Origin: an uncultured SAR86 cluster bacterium
GTDB lineage: Bacteria; Pseudomonadota; Gammaproteobacteria; Magnimaribacterales; AG-339-G14
Assembly: GCA_902522825.1 (NCBI GenBank)
Contig: CABYXE010000004.1
Span: forward strand, 19,364-83,363
DNA: 64,000 bases
Direction: 5' to 3'
The first letter of the stretch is position 1. Every line of letters starts with the position of its first letter. The notes under the pieces are model-generated. The model was not told the origin of the DNA. It searched no databases and saw only the letters and a program-made list of their open reading frames with translations. Of this stretch, positions 30,214 to 41,611 are shown one piece after another. The translations under genes and the position numbers were made by a program.

Positions 30214-31583
30214 TGATACTGAGATATTAGTTTTGCAAGAGCAGAAGTATTTCCAGCTCCTTGCGTTAGGATTAAAGAATGATCTGAAACTAGATCTTTA
30301 AGCTTTAAAAGCGCATCTTCTACTCCATCTGCTTTAATAATATTATTTTTTGTATTTGCAGCTTTTAATAAATCATCACTTTCAAAACCTTTGATAATTT
30401 TTTCACTTGCCGGATATACATCTAATAAAATTAGATCATCAATTTCAGATAAAATTTCAACAAAATCGTTAAATAAAGCCTTAGTCCTAGAGTATCTATG
30501 AGGCTGGAAAATAACAATTTTTTTGTTATGTTTCCAAACTGTATCAATTGTTTCCAAGGTGACTTTAATTTCTTTAGGATGATGCCCGTAGTCATCAACC
30601 AAAGTTATGCCCTTATTAAAAATATTATTTGAAATTACCTCAAAACGTCGTTCAACTATCTTACAAGTCAACAAAGCTTCTGAAATATGTTTAATATTTA
30701 AACCTTCTTCAATGCTCATAATTATTGAGGCAACAACATTTAGAACATTATGTTCGCCATGCAAAGGTACAGAAAATTTAAAGCAAGAATTATCTAAATT
30801 ATTTTTTAAATTAAATTCACACCCATCAACTGATTGAGTGAGGCCTGTAATCTGGAAATCGTTTGAATTTTTAAAACCATAAGTTATAAAATTTCTTGGA
30901 ACTTCTCTTATTAGTTGTTCAAGTGCTTTCTCGTCACCGCAACAAACTATTTTTCCTTGAAATGGAATATTCAATGCAAATTTTTTAAATGCGTTTTTTA
31001 ATTTTTCATAGTCTCCTTGATAAGTTTCTAAATGATCATTATCAATGCTCGTAATGATTAAGTTACTCGGCTTCAACAAAAGAAAAGAGCCATCGCTTTC
31101 ATCGGCTTCAGCTAAAATATGAGGCCCTTGACCAAGCGAAGCATTTGATTCAAAAGATTTTATTTTTCCTCCAATAATATAAGTAGGATCTAAATTACAT
31201 TTTGTGAAAATATGGGCAATAATACACGTCGTTGTAGTTTTTCCATGACTACCTGCTATTGCAATGCTTTTCTTCATAGTCATTAAGTTAGCTAACATTT
31301 CTGCTCTTTTAATAACGGGTATGCCCGTTTTCTTTCCATAGATAATTTCTGGGTTATCTTCAGCTATAGCAGAAGAGTAGACGATGAGATCTATTTTTTT
31401 TAGATTTTTAGAATCATGGTTTTGAAATATATCTATGCCTAAATTTTGTAATCTTGAAGTTATTTCAGATGGACTATTATCAGATCCTGAAACTTTATAT
31501 CCAGAATTTAAAAGGATTTCTGCTATTCCGCTCATGCCAGCGCCACCAATTCCGATTAAATGAATATTTTTTATCTTATCCAC
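30210..31583 (-). CDS. murC: UDP-N-acetylmuramate--L-alanine ligase
   Basis: IHLIGIGGAGMSGIAE and GSHGKTTTT. Confidence 0.96.
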   Translation of the reverse strand: MDKIKNIHLIGIGGAGMSGIAEILLNSGYKVSGSDNSPSEITSRLQNLGIDIFQNHDSKNLKKIDLIVYSSAIAEDNPEIIYGKKTGIPVIKRAEMLANLMTMKKSIAIAGSHGKTTTTCIIAHIFTKCNLDPTYIIGGKIKSFESNASLGQGPHILAEADESDGSFLLLKPSNLIITSIDNDHLETYQGDYEKLKNAFKKFALNIPFQGKIVCCGDEKALEQLIREVPRNFITYGFKNSNDFQITGLTQSVDGCEFNLKNNLDNSCFKFSVPLHGEHNVLNVVASIIMSIEEGLNIKHISEALLTCKIVERRFEVISNNIFNKGITLVDDYGHHPKEIKVTLETIDTVWKHNKKIVIFQPHRYSRTKALFNDFVEILSEIDDLILLDVYPASEKIIKGFESDDLLKAANTKNNIIKADGVEDALLKLKDLVSDHSLILTQGAGNTSALAKLISQYQ

Positions 31584-32695
31584 TAAGTCCTCTTTATTTC
31601 TTCATAAATAATTTTTTCTGGATGCTTTAAAGATGATCTGTAAGAGTTTTCTTTCATTAGCTCTAATTTTGTTACTTCTGTTTTCTTGATATTTTCTAAA
31701 ACTAAAATTAGATCCTCTTCTAAATTTTTTGTTTCCTCAACTAAAAATCCCGCGTTAACATCTTTCAAACTCTTTGCATTAAAAAACTGATGATTATCTA
31801 CGGCCCAAGGCAAAGGAATAAATATTCCTAATGAACCAGAACAAGCAATCTCAGAAACAGTTAAGGCTCCAGATCTACAAATTATAATATCTGCCCATCC
31901 GTAATATTCATGAATATTTTCTAAATATTCAATTATTTCTACTCTATTTTTTTGGATTAAATTTTCTTTATATATAGTCTGAGTTTCTTCAAAATTCCCT
32001 CTTCCACATTGATGTTTAATCCATAGATTTTCAATTTTAGATAAAGCTTTTGGCATTGCAGAATTCAAACTTCTTGAGCCTTGACTGCCACCTAAAACAA
32101 GAACTTTAAAAAAATTATCCTTTAAAAAATTTTTTTTACTATCTTCATAAAGATTATAAATATTTAAGTTTAATGGGTTACCAGAAAGAATTATTTTATC
32201 TTCCTCGTTCGATATTTTATTAAAATATTTTTGTGTTTGTTTGAATCCACAAAAAACCTTTTTTACTTTTTTAGTACTCACTAAAAGCCTAGAAACTGAG
32301 CCAGGAATAGTATTCTGCTCTTGCAGATAAACCGGGCCTTTAAAGTAAAAAAAAGCTGCCAACGAAACATACCCTCCAAAAGCTAGCAAAGGAATTTCAT
32401 TTTTAACAAAAATTTTGAATGGCCAGATTTTTATTAAGAAATAGATCCCTGTCAAAAAGAAAGCTATCAATGCTTTAAATTTTGAGAGAAATGATTTTCC
32501 TCTAAACCCTGATAAAGGAATTTTTATAAACTTTATTTTAAGATTTTCAGCAATTTTTTTTTCTGGTCCTCTTGAAGTACCTATCCATATAACCTCAACA
32601 CCCTCAGAAAGGAATTTTTCTGCCATAACTTTTGCAGGATATACATGGCCTCCTGTACCTCCAGATAAAATATAAATCTTTTTTATTTCAGACAT
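31583..32695 (-). CDS. murG: undecaprenyldiphospho-muramoylpentapeptide beta-N-acetylglucosaminyltransferase
   Basis: SGGTGGHVYPA and SRSGALTVSE-like (CRSGALTVSE). Confidence 0.95.
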   Translation of the reverse strand: MSEIKKIYILSGGTGGHVYPAKVMAEKFLSEGVEVIWIGTSRGPEKKIAENLKIKFIKIPLSGFRGKSFLSKFKALIAFFLTGIYFLIKIWPFKIFVKNEIPLLAFGGYVSLAAFFYFKGPVYLQEQNTIPGSVSRLLVSTKKVKKVFCGFKQTQKYFNKISNEEDKIILSGNPLNLNIYNLYEDSKKNFLKDNFFKVLVLGGSQGSRSLNSAMPKALSKIENLWIKHQCGRGNFEETQTIYKENLIQKNRVEIIEYLENIHEYYGWADIIICRSGALTVSEIACSGSLGIFIPLPWAVDNHQFFNAKSLKDVNAGFLVEETKNLEEDLILVLENIKKTEVTKLELMKENSYRSSLKHPEKIIYEEIKRT

Positions 32696-33875
32696 TTAAA
32701 ATTTTATTTTTAATTATAGAAGATTCTGAAATTTCAAAATTTATTCTTAGTACCAAAGCAATTAGTGCAAACATTAGTAAAAGATTGGTTCCACCATAAC
32801 TTATAAAAGGGAGCGTGATCCCTTTAGTAGGAAGCATCCCGCTAGATACACCTATATTAATAAATACATGTAAAGCAATACAAATACCTGCTCCATAGGC
32901 AATATAGGAACTTAAATAATATTGTGCATGTCTGGCTAATCTTCCTATATAAAAACATTTAAAGATCAAGAAAGAAAAGACAAACACTAGGAAAATACAG
33001 AAAAGCAAACCCAATTCTTCGGCAATTATTGCAAAAATAAAATCAGTTTGAGCATCAGGAAGATAATGAAGTTTTTGAAGACTCTCTCCTAAGCCAACCC
33101 CAAACCAGTCTCCTCTTCCAAAAGCAATCAAGGAATGAGAAAGTTGCCACCCTTCTTCTTGATAAGTTTCCCAAGGATTCATAAAACTTAAAATTCTTTT
33201 CATTCTCCAGGGGACAGTTAAGATCATTAGAACAAAAACAGATATTCCTAAAGAAAAAATAACTAATAAATGTTTTATTGGGGCTCCTGCAATAAACATG
33301 ATGCTTAGAGCAACAATAAAAATTACTGCGGAAGAACCTAAATCTGGTTCAAATAAAACTAGGGCTATTGCCATCACAACTACTAGAATTGGCTTCCAGA
33401 ATCCTTGCCATTTTTCTTTAAATTCTTCTAGTCTTCTAGAACAATATGAGGAAATGTAAATTATTAAAGCAAATTTCATTATTTCCGAGGGTTGTAAGGA
33501 AAAACCAAAAATTCTTATCCATCTATTTGCTCCATTTACTTCTTGCCCTATGAATGGAGCATAAACTAAGAAAAGCAAAACAAAAGCTAGTAATAATATT
33601 TGAATGTCTATCTTTGACCAAAAATTTACTGGAAACCTAAAAATAAGCAAAAAAACAATTAAAGCGATAACTATTTTACTTAGATGAGAGATAGTCATAG
33701 AAAAACTTCCATCTGTTAATGGCAGAGAAACAGAAGAAACCATAACAAGGCCGAATAGAGATAAAAAGAAGACCGAAAAAATTATACCCCAATCAAAATC
33801 CTTAAAGTTGTAGTCTCTGTATAACTCTCCAAAAATTATTCTTTGCCAAAGAGATTGTCTATTACTTTTATTCAT
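32688..33875 (-). CDS. ftsW: peptidoglycan glycosyltransferase FtsW (SEDS family)
   Basis: Polytopic membrane protein with QPSE(I/F)MK and THTDFIFA-like (AQTDFIFAIIAEELG). I set the start at MNKSN, an ATGAATAA overlap with the murD stop. Confidence 0.92.
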   Translation of the reverse strand: MNKSNRQSLWQRIIFGELYRDYNFKDFDWGIIFSVFFLSLFGLVMVSSVSLPLTDGSFSMTISHLSKIVIALIVFLLIFRFPVNFWSKIDIQILLLAFVLLFLVYAPFIGQEVNGANRWIRIFGFSLQPSEIMKFALIIYISSYCSRRLEEFKEKWQGFWKPILVVVMAIALVLFEPDLGSSAVIFIVALSIMFIAGAPIKHLLVIFSLGISVFVLMILTVPWRMKRILSFMNPWETYQEEGWQLSHSLIAFGRGDWFGVGLGESLQKLHYLPDAQTDFIFAIIAEELGLLFCIFLVFVFSFLIFKCFYIGRLARHAQYYLSSYIAYGAGICIALHVFINIGVSSGMLPTKGITLPFISYGGTNLLLMFALIALVLRINFEISESSIIKNKILNV

Positions 33876-35064
33876 TAAGAACCATTTTTTTAAAAGTATC
33901 TCCTCTTTCATGATAACTAGAAAAAGCATCTAGGCTTGAACAAGCCGGCGATAAAAGAATTACCTGATCAACAAGGGCAACTCGTTCAGCAATTTTTAAA
34001 GCTTCCTTTAAATCTTTAGCTTCGTATAATTTTTCTTTATGAACATTACTTTTAATCAAGTCTCTATCCTCGCCATATACGATTATATTTTTACAATTCT
34101 CAGATAGAAAATTTGAAAATTTATTAAAATCTACTCCTTTCCCTCTTCCTCCGCATAAGATATTAACTTCTCCAAATTTTTTTGCACTTTCTACAGCTTC
34201 TTTGGCTGCGCCAATATTTGTTGCTTTAGAGTCGTTTATATATGTCCTTCCTTTTTTATCTTGATGAAAAATTTCAAATCTATGATCTAGTTTTAAATAA
34301 TTTCCCAAAAAATTTTCTAAATTAATATTTAAATTAAGAGAAGTTAAAATGGCATCAACAGCATTTAAATTTTGCTCTTCTATTCCCAAGTTTTTAGAAC
34401 TAAAGAAAATATCTGCATTAAAAATGTCATTTTTATTGATTTCATTTCCAATTTTAATTTTTGCTTTTGTAAAAATTGAATTTTTAGTTTTAAGATAGTT
34501 TTTAAAAGATTTATGGTAATCCAAATGATCTTCAGTAATATTCAAAATTGCTGCAATGTCACATTTAAGATTATTGCTTATTTCTAAGTGAAAACTTGAT
34601 ACCTCTATTAAAGAAAAACTTAAGCTTTCTTCAATATAATCCAAAACTGGTAAGCCAATATTTCCAATTGCCTTCGCTTTAAAGCCGTTTTTATTTAAAA
34701 TTTGTTCCAGCATTGAACAGACAGAAGACTTACCATTTGTTCCAGTAATTAATATTTTTTTTGAATTGTGTTCTCTGGTAAAGATTTCTATATCCGTCTC
34801 CAGAGGAATGCTTTTTTTTATAATTTCTTTATAAATTGGATGATTTATATCGAATCCTGGAGAACATATAACTCTTGAGTAATCTTTTAAATCGATATCT
34901 TTATAGGTTTTTAATTTTTTTAAAAATTCCTTATTTCTTATAAATTCAGCTGGTAAGTTTTCTTTATCTCTAGAATCAAAAAAATTAAATTTTGATTTAT
35001 TTTTTAAAAATCTTCCGACTGATTGTCCGGTTATACCTGTCCCTAGAATCAAAACAGAATCCAT
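33868..35064 (-). CDS. murD: UDP-N-acetylmuramoylalanine--D-glutamate ligase
   Basis: ILGTGITGQS and ITGTNGKSS. 398 aa. Confidence 0.93.
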   Translation of the reverse strand: MDSVLILGTGITGQSVGRFLKNKSKFNFFDSRDKENLPAEFIRNKEFLKKLKTYKDIDLKDYSRVICSPGFDINHPIYKEIIKKSIPLETDIEIFTREHNSKKILITGTNGKSSVCSMLEQILNKNGFKAKAIGNIGLPVLDYIEESLSFSLIEVSSFHLEISNNLKCDIAAILNITEDHLDYHKSFKNYLKTKNSIFTKAKIKIGNEINKNDIFNADIFFSSKNLGIEEQNLNAVDAILTSLNLNINLENFLGNYLKLDHRFEIFHQDKKGRTYINDSKATNIGAAKEAVESAKKFGEVNILCGGRGKGVDFNKFSNFLSENCKNIIVYGEDRDLIKSNVHKEKLYEAKDLKEALKIAERVALVDQVILLSPACSSLDAFSSYHERGDTFKKMVLNE

Positions 35065-35081
35065 CTAAAACACCATTTAAT

Positions 35082-36164
35082 CTATCTTAACCTAAAAGTT
35101 GCTAGTGCAAATAAAACAAGTATCAAGGTAATAATCCAAAATCTAACTATAATTTTTGGTTCTGCCCATCCTGATAACTCAAAGTGATGGTGGATAGGAG
35201 ACATTTTAAAAACTCTCTTGCCTCTTGTTTTAAATGAGATGACTTGAATAATTACCGACAGAGTTTCCATGACAAATACCCCGCCCATAATAGCTAGAAT
35301 GACTTCTTGTCTAACCATTACAGCAATCGTTCCTATGGCTGCTCCTAAAGATAAAGAACCTACATCTCCCATAAAAATTTGTGCTGGATAGGTGTTAAAC
35401 CATAAGAATCCTATTCCTGCACCAATAAGTGCGCCACATACAATTAAAATTTCTCCAGAATTAGGAAGATAGGGAATATTCAAGTAATCAGAAAGAATTA
35501 CATTACCTGACATGTATGCAACTATTCCTAATCCACCAGCAACCATTACGGAGGGCATTATCGCTAGGCCATCTAATCCATCTGTAAGATTTACAGCGTT
35601 ACTGGTTCCTACTATTACGAACAGTGAAAGAAATATAAACCATATACCAAGCGGAAGAGAAAACTCTTTAAAGAAAGGAAGTATCAAACTTGTTTCTTGA
35701 ATAGTCTCGGCAGAAAAATACAAAATTAAAACTGCAATTAGAGCAAAAGAAAATTGCCAAAAAAGTTTACTTTTTCCAGATAGTCCGTCGCTATTCTGAT
35801 TCTTCAATTTTAGATAATCATCTAAAAACCCAATGGCTCCAAAGGACGAAATTACAAATAATAAAATCCAGAGAAATTTGCTTTGCAAATCCCCCCAGCA
35901 CAAACAAGAAAATAAAATTGCTCCTAATATTAAAATACCCCCCATAGTAGGTGTTCCGCCTTTGTCTAAATGGGATTCCGGTCCAACCGACCTTATTACT
36001 TGACCGTAATTTTGTTTTTTTAAATAATTTATTATTGGATTACCAAAAAAAAGACAGAAAACTAAAGCTGTTAACGTAGAAAGTATTGCTCTAAAAGTTA
36101 AGTAATTAAATACTCTAAAAGGACCATAACTTTCAGCTAAATAATCTAATAAAGGCAAAAACAT
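35082..36164 (-). CDS. mraY: phospho-N-acetylmuramoyl-pentapeptide transferase
   Basis: [22 protein letters not shown] and SPIHHHFE. Confidence 0.98.
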   Translation of the reverse strand: MFLPLLDYLAESYGPFRVFNYLTFRAILSTLTALVFCLFFGNPIINYLKKQNYGQVIRSVGPESHLDKGGTPTMGGILILGAILFSCLCWGDLQSKFLWILLFVISSFGAIGFLDDYLKLKNQNSDGLSGKSKLFWQFSFALIAVLILYFSAETIQETSLILPFFKEFSLPLGIWFIFLSLFVIVGTSNAVNLTDGLDGLAIMPSVMVAGGLGIVAYMSGNVILSDYLNIPYLPNSGEILIVCGALIGAGIGFLWFNTYPAQIFMGDVGSLSLGAAIGTIAVMVRQEVILAIMGGVFVMETLSVIIQVISFKTRGKRVFKMSPIHHHFELSGWAEPKIIVRFWIITLILVLFALATFRLR

Positions 36165-36166
36165 TT

Positions 36167-37420
36167 TTATAAAAATAGTTTAACTATATCGTCCATTTTA
36201 ACTGATCTAGAGGCTTTAAAGAGAATAACCGACTCTTCATTAAGGTAAATTTCTAAATTTTTGAAAATAGCTTTTGGGTTAATAATTTTTAAATTCTTAG
36301 CGTTAATTTTTGAATCTAAATTTATGGCTAACACTAGATCAAATAAATTCAATGCTTCTTTAATAATCTCATCTTGAAGAATTAGTGAATTCTCTCCTAA
36401 TTCATTCATTTTTCCCATAACGCAAATTTTATTCTTGCAAGATATTGATTCGATTTTTTTAAAAGCAGCTTTAAATGACTCTGGATTTGCATTGTAAGTA
36501 TCGTCGACTATATTTACTTTGTTTTTTCCGATCAATAATTCTTGCCTTCCCGGAACTACTGCTTTAATTTCAAGATCACTAATATTTTTTTCTGATAAAA
36601 AAAATTTTTTGTTTATTTCTTCCGGCAAGCAAGAAATTACAGCTTCTGCCATTTCAAGGTTTTGATCAAAACTAGAGCTATCTTTAGGACGTAAAAATAT
36701 TTTTTTTCTTTTTTTTATTTTTTCCTTTGCTTTTACTAAATGATCTTCTTTAGCTCTTATTAAACAGGTTCCACTTGAAGAAACGTAACTAAAAAGATCT
36801 GTTTTTTCCTCCAAAACTCCATTTATATTTTTTAATCCTTCTAAATGAGAACTGCCTATATTAGTGATGACGCCAATATTTGGTTTTAAAAATGATGCTA
36901 GTTCTTTAATCTCCCCTATTGCATTGGTTCCTATCTCAAAAATAGCTAATTTATGACTATTATCTAATCTGAGGAGAGATAAATATAAGCCTAATCTATT
37001 ATTCCAATTTCCAGGAGATTTAAAAACCTCGTCTTTATTTTCAAATAACTCTCTGGTTAATTGATAAAGGATTTCTTTCGTGGATGTTTTTCCATTACTT
37101 CCTGTTATGGAAATTATTATTTTTTTAAAATTTGATCTTTGAAAATTAGCCAATTTTTCTAAAAACAAAAAACAATTATCAGTTTTGATATGAGTTGTAC
37201 TTGGAATAGTTTTTTCAGTAATTATGCAACTTGCTCCCTTTTCTAAAGCCTCATCAATAAAATCGTGTCCATCATAATTTGGACCGCTCAAGGCTAAAAA
37301 AATATCTCCTTTTGATATAGACCTCGTGTCAATTGAAACTTTTTTAAAAAAAGCATCTTTTCCAACTAAATTGCAATTACCTATTTTTGAGACATTACTT
37401 AGCTTGTGATCTATTAACAA
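36167..37420 (-). CDS. murF: UDP-N-acetylmuramoyl-tripeptide--D-alanyl-D-alanine ligase
   Basis: [12 protein letters not shown] and DDTYNANP. 417 aa. Confidence 0.93.
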   Translation of the reverse strand: MLIDHKLSNVSKIGNCNLVGKDAFFKKVSIDTRSISKGDIFLALSGPNYDGHDFIDEALEKGASCIITEKTIPSTTHIKTDNCFLFLEKLANFQRSNFKKIIISITGSNGKTSTKEILYQLTRELFENKDEVFKSPGNWNNRLGLYLSLLRLDNSHKLAIFEIGTNAIGEIKELASFLKPNIGVITNIGSSHLEGLKNINGVLEEKTDLFSYVSSSGTCLIRAKEDHLVKAKEKIKKRKKIFLRPKDSSSFDQNLEMAEAVISCLPEEINKKFFLSEKNISDLEIKAVVPGRQELLIGKNKVNIVDDTYNANPESFKAAFKKIESISCKNKICVMGKMNELGENSLILQDEIIKEALNLFDLVLAINLDSKINAKNLKIINPKAIFKNLEIYLNEESVILFKASRSVKMDDIVKLFL

Positions 37421-38839
37421 TTAAATAAAACTCCTAACTATTTCATAGTCATTGCTCTCAATAGTTTTGTTTTTTATTTCTTGGTTTGATTCATGTCCTT
37501 TTCCAGCAAGCAATAACACAGATCCCTCCTTATCTCTAGATAATATTTTTAGACCAAACTTAATAGCTTTTGTTCGATCATTAATGATTTCAACTTTTTT
37601 TTGATCCTTTATTCCTTCTAGAATGTCTTTAATAATTACTTTTGGATTTTCAAATCTTGGATTATCATTTGTTAAAATTATTTTATCTGCAAAAGAATCA
37701 GCAATAGCTCCCATTAAAGATCTCTTTCCTTGATCTCTGCCCCCTCCACATCCAAAAAGACATATTAGACTTCCATGATATTTCTTCTTTAAAGACTTCA
37801 GAATATTTTCTAAAGCTTCAGGTGTATGGGCATAATCTATATAAAGATATTTATTAGAATCAATATTTATCTTTTGAAATCTACCTGGCAAATCATAAAT
37901 TTTTTTTAGATTTAATTTATTTAAATTAGGTTTTTTTGATGAGAGACAAAAAAGACCTAAAGCAGCTGCAATATTAACCATTGTGTGATCAGCAAAAATT
38001 CTATCTGGAAGATTTACATGGCCCCAAGGTGTTTTAATGAAAAACTTACCTTTGTTTTTTTCGATACAAATATCAGATTTTTTATTTTTTCTGGAGACCG
38101 AAACGAAATCATGACTATTTGAAAAAATCTTTTTTCCAACTTTGGAATCAATATTTATTACCGCTCCTTTGAATTTATTATTCAAAAAAAAGGATTCCTT
38201 TACTTTTGCATATTTGTTAATTGAGGAATGGTAATCTAAATGATCTCTTGAAAAACTAGTAAAACAGCCATAATCAAAATCTATTCCTGCAATTCTTTCT
38301 TGATCAATCCCGTGAGAAGAAACTTCAAATATTGCAGCTTTTTTTTTCTCAAGAAGAAAATTACTTAGAATTTTATTTAGAGTAAAAACATCTGGAGTAG
38401 TAAGCTTTGAATTATAAATACCAGATTCTTTTAATTTAATACTCGAAATCAGACCGATATCTTTTTTGATCTGACTAAAAAGCTGAAATAAATAATAAGA
38501 AACTGAGGATTTTCCATTTGTTCCCGTTAAGCCAAAAACTTCAATTTTTTTTGAAGGATTTTCAAAAAATCTATTACTTAAAAATCCTAGCTTTTCCTTG
38601 AGGTCGCTTACATAGATTATTTTTTTTTCTATGTTTTCAATAGACTTGTTATTAGTCAGGATGCAATTTGCTCCTTTTTTTAAAGCCTCTTGATTGTATT
38701 TTTTTTGTTGATCGCTATCATTTGCTAAAGAGATATATAAGTCTCCTTTTTTTATTTCTTGAGAATCTAGAGAAATAGAACTAATTGTAAAATCATTAAT
38801 TTTTCCTGAATATTCAGGTAACAAATCATGCAAACTCAT
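37421..38839 (-). CDS. murE: UDP-N-acetylmuramoyl-L-alanyl-D-glutamate--2,6-diaminopimelate ligase
   Basis: GLTGTNGKSS, DYAHTPEALE and GCGGGRDQGKR. Confidence 0.93.
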   Translation of the reverse strand: MSLHDLLPEYSGKINDFTISSISLDSQEIKKGDLYISLANDSDQQKKYNQEALKKGANCILTNNKSIENIEKKIIYVSDLKEKLGFLSNRFFENPSKKIEVFGLTGTNGKSSVSYYLFQLFSQIKKDIGLISSIKLKESGIYNSKLTTPDVFTLNKILSNFLLEKKKAAIFEVSSHGIDQERIAGIDFDYGCFTSFSRDHLDYHSSINKYAKVKESFFLNNKFKGAVINIDSKVGKKIFSNSHDFVSVSRKNKKSDICIEKNKGKFFIKTPWGHVNLPDRIFADHTMVNIAAALGLFCLSSKKPNLNKLNLKKIYDLPGRFQKINIDSNKYLYIDYAHTPEALENILKSLKKKYHGSLICLFGCGGGRDQGKRSLMGAIADSFADKIILTNDNPRFENPKVIIKDILEGIKDQKKVEIINDRTKAIKFGLKILSRDKEGSVLLLAGKGHESNQEIKNKTIESNDYEIVRSFI

Positions 38840-40467
38840 TAAAGTGTATTTTTAATACTTTTTATTATTTTAGAAAAAACAGGAGCAGCAACTTGGCCTC
38901 CACCCTCCCCATTTTCTTTAGAGTCTCTGACTAAAATACCCAAAACATAATTTTTATTTTCTAACTCAGCCATTCCAATAAAACTCGCATTAAATGATTT
39001 TTCAGTATACCCCTGATTAGTTAATCTTTTAGTAGTCCCAGTTTTACCAGTAATTTTAATATTTTTAACTAAAGCTTTTTTTCCAGTTCCATTATTGACT
39101 GCTTCAAAGAGCATTTTATTAATTTCTTGAGCTATTTCAGATGAAATTACTTTGTTTTCAAATCCATTGTAAGAATCAGAAATCAAGTTTAAACCTTCGA
39201 ACTGTCCATCTGAAAACAGAGCTGTGTAAGCTCCCACTAACTGAATCAATGTAACTTGAAGACCGTAGCCATAACAGAGGCTTACTTTTTCTCTTTCAGA
39301 TAAGTTAGCGCTGGATGGTAAATAACCCTCTCTATTTGAAATAAATATTTCATTTATATACTGTCCAAAACCCCATTGATAAAAATTTTTAATAATTTTT
39401 TCTGAATTTGATTTATCGCATAGTTTGACCATTGCTACATTGCTAGATTTAGATATAACTTCAGATAAATTAAGGGTTCCATAATCTTTAAAATCGCTAG
39501 TCATGAAGCCTTCATATTCTATAAATCCAGGAGAAGTCTTAATCTTTTCGTCTTTATTGATTATCTTATTTTTAAGTAAACCTGCTAAAGCAAGTGGTTT
39601 TACAGTTGACCCTGGTTCAAATAAATCTGTAGCAGATCTATTTGATAATAAAGAAGGATTCATTCCTCTCCTGTCATTTGGATTAAAGCTTGGATAATTA
39701 GCCATAGCCAGAATATCTTTAGAGTTCAAATCAACTAAAATTGCAGATGCTGATGAAGCTTGATAGTAATTAAATGCTTTTTTTAATTCTTGATAAACTA
39801 AATATTGAAGTTTTGCATCTAAAGTAGTTCTTACATCTTGCCCATGATCTGGAGGAATTATATTTGTTTCAATAATTTCTCCTTTGTTAGTTCTGACGTA
39901 TTTTTTTGAGCCGTCCTTTCCAGAAAGTTTTTTATTTACAGACAGCTCAATACCCTCTTGTCCGCTATTATTAAAATTTGTTAGTCCTATAACTTGTGAA
40001 AGAATTTCTCCTTCTGGATAACTTCTTTTATATTTCGAAATACTTCTCAATCCAGGTATTTTTTTGATTTTCAACTTATTTAGTTCATCCTGAGATGCAT
40101 TATGATCCAATACGATATATTTTCTTTTCTTGTTAGATAGTTTGTTTTTAAGGTTTTGTGAATTTATATCTAAGATTTTAGATATGGATAAAATGTGAGA
40201 AGGATCAAAAGAAAAATTATTTATTTGAATTCCTATTTCGTAAGCTGGTATATCTTCGGCAAGGATTTGTAAATTTCGATCAAGTATTTTTCCTCGCCTG
40301 GACAGAAGCTTTAAAGTCCTTTCTGAGCTAGCTTTAGATTTATCTAATGCAATATCGAAGTCGTTCTTTTGTAGAAAATAAAACCTGATAGGTAACGAAA
40401 TTAACAAGCAAAATATAAAGAACCAAACTATTAATTCTCTATATTTGCTTGTTAGTTCAAAATTCAA
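38839..40467 (-). CDS. ftsI: peptidoglycan D,D-transpeptidase FtsI (PBP3, class B PBP)
   Basis: N-terminal TM, then PGSTVKP (SxxK), SSN (SxN) and KTGTT (KTG). Confidence 0.92.
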   Translation of the reverse strand: MNFELTSKYRELIVWFFIFCLLISLPIRFYFLQKNDFDIALDKSKASSERTLKLLSRRGKILDRNLQILAEDIPAYEIGIQINNFSFDPSHILSISKILDINSQNLKNKLSNKKRKYIVLDHNASQDELNKLKIKKIPGLRSISKYKRSYPEGEILSQVIGLTNFNNSGQEGIELSVNKKLSGKDGSKKYVRTNKGEIIETNIIPPDHGQDVRTTLDAKLQYLVYQELKKAFNYYQASSASAILVDLNSKDILAMANYPSFNPNDRRGMNPSLLSNRSATDLFEPGSTVKPLALAGLLKNKIINKDEKIKTSPGFIEYEGFMTSDFKDYGTLNLSEVISKSSNVAMVKLCDKSNSEKIIKNFYQWGFGQYINEIFISNREGYLPSSANLSEREKVSLCYGYGLQVTLIQLVGAYTALFSDGQFEGLNLISDSYNGFENKVISSEIAQEINKMLFEAVNNGTGKKALVKNIKITGKTGTTKRLTNQGYTEKSFNASFIGMAELENKNYVLGILVRDSKENGEGGGQVAAPVFSKIIKSIKNTL

Positions 40468-40468
40468 A

Positions 40469-41593
40469 CTAATCTATTTGACGTTTTACAAAGGATGGAA
40501 CATCTAAATAATCTAAAGATGCTTCTCTTTCTATGTCTTGCAAGTCATTGATGGGCTTGACTGTATTAATAGATGGAACCGATGAAGAATTTTTATTCCC
40601 CATTGTATCTATTCCAAAATTTGATTTCTTTTTTCCACTGCCAAGGCCGGTTGCAACAATAGTAACTTTAAGATCTCCTGGCTCCATAGAATTATCTATA
40701 GCTACACCATGAATGATCATGGCATCATCGGCGGCAAATTGATCAATTTGTTCTAAGACCTTTTCAATCTCTCCAATGCTTACTTTTTCACCTCCTGTGA
40801 TGTTCACAAGAACTCCTCTGGCATTTTCAAGGTTAATATCCTCAAGTAATGGACTTCCCACCGCAGCAGAAGCAGCTTCTAAAGCCCTACTCGGACCCGA
40901 AGCGATGCCTGTCCCCATCATTGCAGTTCCTTGTTCCGACATTACAGTTTTCACATCCTGAAAATCTACATTTACAGTCCCTACTTTTGTGATGATATCG
41001 GAAATTCCTCTTACTGCTCCCAAAAGAACATCATTTCCGTGAGCAAAAGCTTCTGTGAAATCACACTCTCCACCAAAAACTTCGGAAAGTTTTTGATTTG
41101 GAATAGTTATTAAAGAATCAACTTCTGATCTTAAAGCCTCAATTCCTTTTTCAGCGATAACATCTTTTCTTTCTAGTCTTAAAGGTTTTGTAACAACTGC
41201 AACAGTTAGAGCTCCTATAGATTTAGCAACTTGTGCAACTATTGGAGATGCTCCTGTACCAGTTCCTTTTCCCATTCCTGCTGCTATAAAGACCATATCT
41301 GATCCTTCTAAAAGAGTTTCAAGTCTTTCGTAATCATCCAAAGCTGTTTCTCTTCCAACTTCTGGTTTAGCTCCAGCTCCTTGTCCGCTATTAGTGAGTT
41401 CGCCCAACATATGCCTCACATCAGCTTGACTTTTTTCTAGTGCTTGGCTGTCGGTATTGATTGCTATGGTTTCAACACCATCTAATCCACCGTTCACCAT
41501 ATGATCGATGGCGTTACCGCCACAACCGCCTACTCCAACTACTCTAATTAGAGCTCCTGGTTCCCCAGTTTTTTCGATTACTTTCCAGTTCAT
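40469..41593 (-). CDS. ftsZ: cell division GTPase FtsZ
   Basis: VVGVGGCGGNAIDHM, GMGKGTGTGASP and the C-terminal peptide DYLDVPSFVKRQ. Confidence 0.98.
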   Translation of the reverse strand: MNWKVIEKTGEPGALIRVVGVGGCGGNAIDHMVNGGLDGVETIAINTDSQALEKSQADVRHMLGELTNSGQGAGAKPEVGRETALDDYERLETLLEGSDMVFIAAGMGKGTGTGASPIVAQVAKSIGALTVAVVTKPLRLERKDVIAEKGIEALRSEVDSLITIPNQKLSEVFGGECDFTEAFAHGNDVLLGAVRGISDIITKVGTVNVDFQDVKTVMSEQGTAMMGTGIASGPSRALEAASAAVGSPLLEDINLENARGVLVNITGGEKVSIGEIEKVLEQIDQFAADDAMIIHGVAIDNSMEPGDLKVTIVATGLGSGKKKSNFGIDTMGNKNSSSVPSINTVKPINDLQDIEREASLDYLDVPSFVKRQID

Positions 41594-41611
41594 AGCTACC
41601 TCCTATAAAAT